Source: a virus (taxonomy: Duplodnaviria > Caudoviricetes). Taken from it: DNA of 61,704 nt. Under the pieces are notes generated by a model, which did not search any database, was not told the origin of the DNA, and saw only the letters and a program-made list of their open reading frames with translations. Location: positions 1 to 61,704 of the IMG/VR virus record IMGVR_UViG_3300028840_000575; one strand, 5' to 3'. Position 1 is the stretch's first letter. Every line of letters starts with the position of its first letter. This document shows positions 56,480 to 61,704 of the stretch, piece after piece. The translations under genes were made by a program, and so were the position numbers.

Positions 56480-58818
56480 AAACTCTAATATTTATAGGTA
56501 TATCTGCTGGATTAAGTTATCTATCTGCAAAACTGATGCAGAAGACGCAGTCCTCAAAAGTGAAAGCTGAACAGGCTACACTTACAACTAGAGGTTCGTA
56601 TACAAATTTCTTAAGAGGCAGAAGAAGAGTTGGTCCTTTATTCGCGTGGGCTGGTAAAAGAACTTCCTCTAAACATGATGATGTTCGTTACTATTATGAA
56701 AAGGGATGGCATGTCTTAGCTGTTGGTCCTTGTACAAGGCTCACTAAAATTTGGAAAGATGGGAAAGTATTATGGGACGAGGGAATAGACAGTACAACAA
56801 CTCCATCAGGTTCATATGTCACTATAGGCAAAAGGAAGATAAGGGGTTTTTGGATCTATTGGGGAGAAAATGATCAACCTGTAGACTCCAATCTTGCAGA
56901 ATGGCTGGGGATAGAATCCGCATGGCCTAAAACTACTTATGTAATTCTTAATGGTGTTGAATTGACGACTGGTCGTTGGCCTGATTTTCAATATGAAATA
57001 GAATGTTTTGGCATAACACCAGAAGGAACTGATGGACTTCAAAATTCTACAAGGATTAATACAGATTATACAATGAATCCTGCTCATGTTATTTGGGAGT
57101 ATTCTTATCAAGATTATCCAGATGGGTGTGGAATAAGTTTTGATAATCTGGATAAAGATCTGTTTGAAGAAGTTGGTACAATCCTTGAAAATGAAGGAAC
57201 TTGGTGTAGTGTTTTATCTAATGATGGTAGAGATCTAACTGAATTAATAGCAGATCTATTAGAAGATTTTGGATTAATGTTATGCCAAAGAGGGAATAAG
57301 ATAGGATTAATAGCTGTAAGAAGCACAGAGTATGCTTTAGTTCTTGATGCTAATCAATTAATGCCTCCTCTACCAGAATTGGAATTTAATCTGATAGAAC
57401 GTGGCAAGAATAAAATTATCTATAAGTATTCTGACTATGAAAATAATTATACTGAGACAGATGTAAAAGTTGATAATGATGGTACAAGTACAAAGATCCG
57501 TCCTAATATAGATACAGTGGAACTTGCAACTATTATATCTAGAGATACTGCTAATAGAGTTTCTGAAAGGAAATCCCAAGAGCAATTAGTTGGTCCAATA
57601 AAATATAAATTAAGTGTTAATAGAGCAGGAAGAAGCCTTAGAGCAGGAGATTCAATATACATAAGTGATATCGGTAAAATGAGGGTGACTTCATACTCAT
57701 TAGATACAATGTCTGCAAGAACTGAGATAGAAGTTGTTGTTGATCTATATGGTCTTGAATTATCCGGATATCTTAATGGGATAATAACTGGTGGAATAGA
57801 TGGCGATGGTGCTTATTTAAGAGATGACATAGCTTTCACAGCTTTAGAAATGTACAGAGAAGCAGATGATTACCATTACAAAGAGATAATAGTTCTCAGA
57901 ATAAGAAGAGAATTGAGTTCCGGTTTTGCTAATGTTCTTGTTTCCTTTGATGATGGAACATCTTATGAGACAATAGCAGAGACTAATGATCTATGTTCTG
58001 GCGGTAGACTATTACAAGGAATTGAAGAAACTGATAATTTCATAATAGAGGAAGGTCCAATTATATATGTCGCTAATACGGATATTGAAAATGTAGAAGA
58101 TCTTTCTACTGATCCAATTTCTTGGCATTCTGGAAAACAACTATGCTTCATAAATAATGAAGTATTTTATTTGCAGAAAGTGACCGCCATTTCTTCAACA
58201 CAGTATAGATTAGATGGTTTAATACGTGCCAGATTTGATACAATTAGAGAAGAACATTCTATTGGTGACTACGCTTTTATAATTCTAAAGGAAGATTTAA
58301 CTCCTATACAAGATAATAGATTTAATTCTGGTCAAGAAATTTTAGTGAAAGCACAGCCAAAAACTGATGAAGCTGTATTAGAAGAAGATGGTATAGTGCC
58401 TAAACAATTAACAACTGTTGTACGAGGATGGAATCCATTATCTCCAAAAAATGTACGGGTGAATTCAAGTATCTTGTATGAGCCTAGTCAAGATTTTACA
58501 ATCACTTGGTCTATACGGAAAATGGTTGGAAGTGAGTATCATACTGCAATGTCTGGAAGACAAATTTCTGGGACAATTGTAGAAGATACAAGTGCTCCTA
58601 GAGATGGATATTTCCGTGTTGAAGTGAGGGAAACTTGGGGATATACAAGATTATCATATGACGTAGATAGTGATACATATCAGAAGATTGTCACTTGGTC
58701 AGATGTTGAAGACGCATTTGGTCAAGTCCCCGATGAACTTGATATCGCTGTTATAAATATTTCTGGTAAGAATGAGAGTTTAGCAGGCATTCAAAGAATT
58801 CGTAAGGAGAAATCATAA
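56470..58818 (+). CDS. Central tail fibre / host-specificity protein (GTA-like phage tail protein)
   Basis: GRRRVG...W, IWKDGK, MNPAHVI, LRAGD, YRLDGLIRARFDT..EHSIG. Confidence 0.8.
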   Translation: MGLETLIFIGISAGLSYLSAKLMQKTQSSKVKAEQATLTTRGSYTNFLRGRRRVGPLFAWAGKRTSSKHDDVRYYYEKGWHVLAVGPCTRLTKIWKDGKVLWDEGIDSTTTPSGSYVTIGKRKIRGFWIYWGENDQPVDSNLAEWLGIESAWPKTTYVILNGVELTTGRWPDFQYEIECFGITPEGTDGLQNSTRINTDYTMNPAHVIWEYSYQDYPDGCGISFDNLDKDLFEEVGTILENEGTWCSVLSNDGRDLTELIADLLEDFGLMLCQRGNKIGLIAVRSTEYALVLDANQLMPPLPELEFNLIERGKNKIIYKYSDYENNYTETDVKVDNDGTSTKIRPNIDTVELATIISRDTANRVSERKSQEQLVGPIKYKLSVNRAGRSLRAGDSIYISDIGKMRVTSYSLDTMSARTEIEVVVDLYGLELSGYLNGIITGGIDGDGAYLRDDIAFTALEMYREADDYHYKEIIVLRIRRELSSGFANVLVSFDDGTSYETIAETNDLCSGGRLLQGIEETDNFIIEEGPIIYVANTDIENVEDLSTDPISWHSGKQLCFINNEVFYLQKVTAISSTQYRLDGLIRARFDTIREEHSIGDYAFIILKEDLTPIQDNRFNSGQEILVKAQPKTDEAVLEEDGIVPKQLTTVVRGWNPLSPKNVRVNSSILYEPSQDFTITWSIRKMVGSEYHTAMSGRQISGTIVEDTSAPRDGYFRVEVRETWGYTRLSYDVDSDTYQKIVTWSDVEDAFGQVPDELDIAVINISGKNESLAGIQRIRKEKS

Positions 58819-59327
58819 TGTCTAGAATCCAACAGTTGCTGAACATTTTTGAACTTGCAGTTGATGCACCTGAATGGGATGCAACAGCAGATTCAAATTT
58901 TCAAAGCATTCAAGAATTTATATATACTTGGGAAATGACCGAAAGTGAAAATCAAATAACTATCCAATTACAAGATTCAAAAGGAGATGATGTAGAAGAG
59001 ACTTGCTACTTGAGGGTTCGTCTATGTAGTGGCACTGGATATTCTGCACATGGAGATGCTTCCTTTTCAGTTTCTACTGGAACAATTGTTGAAACAATAT
59101 CTTCAGGCGTTGATGAGATAATACAGAGTGATTCAACTGGTACTATAGTTTTAGACATGGAGACAGCTACGACAACAGCAGTACCTGAAACAACTACAAC
59201 AGGTACAGCAACTCCAGCACCGACAACAACAGTCACCCCCGAGCCTGTATCAGGCATTATACGTATTGGTCAACCCCCAATTAGTTCCCGTTTAGCTGAT
59301 TATTCAAATACATTGACTGTCAGTTAA
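58818..59327 (+). CDS. Tail-associated protein with a long Thr/Pro tract
   Basis: ETATTTAVPETTTTGTATPAPTTTVTPEP. Confidence 0.65.
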   Translation: MSRIQQLLNIFELAVDAPEWDATADSNFQSIQEFIYTWEMTESENQITIQLQDSKGDDVEETCYLRVRLCSGTGYSAHGDASFSVSTGTIVETISSGVDEIIQSDSTGTIVLDMETATTTAVPETTTTGTATPAPTTTVTPEPVSGIIRIGQPPISSRLADYSNTLTVS

Positions 59328-59377
59328 TTGCAAATTTGCACTGACCTTTTTAAGGTACAATCAATTTTATTTTGATC

Positions 59378-59406
59378 TTGCTAATTTATTGTGAATAGCT
59401 TATAAT
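59378..59406 (+). promoter_or_regulatory. Sigma70-type promoter of the replication operon
   Basis: TTGCTA(59378)-17 bp-TATAAT(59401). Confidence 0.7.
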
Positions 59407-59455
59407 ATTCACACTTAAAGTATTTTTAAAGAATTTCAAAGTAAAGAAAAGCAGC

Positions 59456-60356
59456 ATGTCCAATCAAAAACGATCTAGGGTTTTTATCCCTATAGATACA
59501 GATAAATATGATGTATCTAATGCAAAGAAGTTTGGGGAAATTGTCTATATCTTAGACGATACTGTCTCACCTTTCAATATAACTGAAACAACATATAAGA
59601 TCATAAATTCACTTAAACGAAATGAATTTGATCCACGAAAAGATTTTATATGTATGACGGGCAATTCAATAATCCTATGCTGGGCTTCAATCTCGATAAT
59701 GACTTTATTTGATAAAGTAAATATATTATTATTTGATAGCAGAACGGATGACTATCAAGTGAAAACTTTAGAAAAGCCTTGGATAGAAGGAGATTAGAAT
59801 GGATGAGAAGGTTAGAAATCTTGTAGATTTAAGATCTAGTGTAGACGATCTTCATGATCAAATTTATAATTATATGTCTGGCACTTATGGAGATGTTATA
59901 AATAATAATTTAGAAATTGAAGATATTTGTGATATGGCATTTCTATGTCGTAAATTAGAACTCTTGTTTGATGAATTAAGAAAAACTGCAAAGGCTCGAA
60001 AAGAGCTCAGTATAAAGATTATGGGCTTTTGGCTTGCAACTCAAAGCATTGAGAGTCCTGAAACTTATAAAGATAGAATTGACGGTGAACTCGCTTATGC
60101 AAGGATATCCGCAAAATCTATACCTAAGATCCCAAGTTCTTCTGATCCTGTCTATGAAGAATTCATGTTATCTTTAGGCATCCCTGAAGAATTTTTGAAA
60201 GGAGGTTTATTGAAGCCTGATTTTAAAGGTGTGACTGCGTTGGTCACAGACATGGTATCAAAGGGACAAGATCTTCCACCTGGAGTTGAGAAAACTTGGA
60301 CAGAGTACAATGCACATTTTTATGAAAGAAAACACAAAGAAAATAAGGATGGATAA
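59456..60356 (+). other. Two hypothetical replication-region genes (59456..59797, 59799..60356)
   Basis: Clean coupled ORFs downstream of the promoter. Confidence 0.65.
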
Positions 60357-60358
60357 TT

Positions 60359-61183
60359 ATGGCTACGAAAGATCGAGGAAATAAATCTGATATCCAAAAG
60401 TTTAAAGCACCCGAAGGGCTTCCAGATTATCTTGCAGAAGTTTCGAAGAATGATGAATCTTTGGATACGCTAAAACAAGAGCGTACTCTATCGAGGCTTA
60501 AAATAATTTCTGGTAATTCTGGAGCTGATCTAAAGAAATTATTCGACGAAGGTGATGTGATTGCAAATCCTGGACAAACTCTTATAGCTAAAGCTGTGAA
60601 AGCTGATCAAGCATCAGAACCGTTTTTCATGGTCCCGTTATTTTTCTTCATTGAGTTTTGTCATTGGTCGGATGTCAATGATAATGCTTCTCCAACCATC
60701 TTTGCAAGATCCTTTGATAAAGGAAGTGACCTTGCTGCAAAGGCAAGAAATGCTGATGCACGTGAAGAAAATTATGGTGATGGCTATGTATCTCGCTATG
60801 TTGAGCATCTCAACTTTGCTTCAGTTATCGTTGGTGATCATCCACTTGCAGGCCAGATGGAACCATTTGTTATTGGATTCCAAAGAAGTAGTTGGGCCAC
60901 TGGTAAAAATTTAATCACAACTCTGGCCAGATTAGAAGCTCCTCTTTGGAGTACAGTCTGGGGATTCCAATCAAAATACATTACGAAGAAATTCAATTAT
61001 TGGAATTTTGATTACTTCGTACCAGATGAAGAAAAACACGGAATTGGAAGATTTATAACTAAAGATCAAGTTGACTTATTCAAAGCAACACATCTTGAAT
61101 TAAAAGAACTCTTTGAAGAAAGAATGCTTGTTGTTGATCGTTCTGATTCTGAAGACATTGATGAAGGTGACAGCGAATTTTAA
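60359..61183 (+). CDS. Probable single-stranded DNA-binding protein
   Basis: Directly upstream of the primase-helicase; aromatic-rich core; acidic tail ending in Phe (DSEDIDEGDSEF). Confidence 0.55.
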   Translation: MATKDRGNKSDIQKFKAPEGLPDYLAEVSKNDESLDTLKQERTLSRLKIISGNSGADLKKLFDEGDVIANPGQTLIAKAVKADQASEPFFMVPLFFFIEFCHWSDVNDNASPTIFARSFDKGSDLAAKARNADAREENYGDGYVSRYVEHLNFASVIVGDHPLAGQMEPFVIGFQRSSWATGKNLITTLARLEAPLWSTVWGFQSKYITKKFNYWNFDYFVPDEEKHGIGRFITKDQVDLFKATHLELKELFEERMLVVDRSDSEDIDEGDSEF

Positions 61184-61189
61184 TATACT

Positions 61190-61704
61190 ATGTCAACAGG
61201 CAAAATACCAATAGAGAAAATTGAATCTCTAGCGGAATTGAATCGAGTTGGTTGGAAGTATACTCCTGCAGGAAATAATGAGGTAAAAATAAAATGTCCG
61301 TGTCATGATGATAAATCTCCAAGTGTTTCTTTAAATATTAAAAAGAATTTGTGGATTTGTCATGTATGTAATGCATCAGGTGATATCATTTCTCTTCTTG
61401 CTCATATTCTTAAGCAAGAAAGAAAAGTTGTAGCCTTAGAATTATGTAATCGGTACGATTTACAATATCTCAAAACTCTTAGTCCTTCTGCTGTAGAAAG
61501 ATTTCACACAGCCATCTGGGAATCTGGAGTTTTCCTGCAGGAGCTATACAAACGCGGAATAACTGACGATGATATTCGTTCTGCTAGATTAGGGTATTCT
61601 GAAAAGGATGGAAGGATTTCCATACCTGTTTATGACAAAGATTGGAATGTCATAAACATCAGAAAATATCTGCCAGGAGCTCCTGGACCGGAGAAGATGA
61701 AGAA
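61190..61704 (+). CDS. N-terminus of the primase-helicase (CHC2 zinc finger); continues at window start
   Basis: MSTGK...KCPCHDDKSPS...WICHVCNASGDII...RGITDDDIR; in frame with 137..2509. Confidence 0.9.
   Translation, partial: MSTGKIPIEKIESLAELNRVGWKYTPAGNNEVKIKCPCHDDKSPSVSLNIKKNLWICHVCNASGDIISLLAHILKQERKVVALELCNRYDLQYLKTLSPSAVERFHTAIWESGVFLQELYKRGITDDDIRSARLGYSEKDGRISIPVYDKDWNVINIRKYLPGAPGPEKMK
61561..61704. repeat. Terminal direct repeat, copy 2
   Basis: Identical to 1..144. Confidence 0.95.

Noticed and set aside
1492-59257. Many minus-strand and alternative-frame ORFs of 60-165 aa in the ORF track
   Set aside because: They shadow longer + strand genes that have clear motifs, and show no recognisable domains
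1-61704. tRNA genes, integrase, introns or inteins
   Set aside because: No cloverleaf, recombinase or splice-motif signatures were recognised by eye; polymerase and RNR lengths need no insertion, and the extra TerL segment lacks intein motifs

Overview
This is an apparently complete, circularly assembled genome (about 61,560 bp) of a tailed dsDNA phage with siphovirus-type tail genes. The first and last 144 bp are identical, all credible genes are on the + strand, and no integrase is visible. Replication genes: a zinc-finger/TOPRIM primase fused to an MCM-like helicase that spans the window junction, family A DNA polymerase, SNF2 helicase, ATP-dependent ligase, 5'-3' exonuclease, an SSB-like protein and a class II ribonucleotide reductase. 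Morphogenesis genes: terminase, HK97-type head and a GTA/lambda-like tail tip. Two candidate systems stand out. (1) Possible mucin-type O-glycosylation of the virion: a polypeptide-GalNAc-transferase-like enzyme and two further glycosyltransferases sit inside the structural operon, and about a dozen late/structural proteins carry short Thr-run tags (TTTT-x-EP-like) that I do not see in the replication genes. (2) An elaborate DNA base-modification pathway: a hydroxymethylase with the cytosine-specifying Asp, dNMP kinase, dCMP deaminase, MazG-like pyrophosphatase, aGPT-Pplase1-like protein, T4 BGT-like glycosyltransferase, two radical SAM enzymes (one B12-binding), a methyltransferase and a P-loop kinase-methyltransferase fusion. 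All calls come from reading motifs by eye; no database searches were run.
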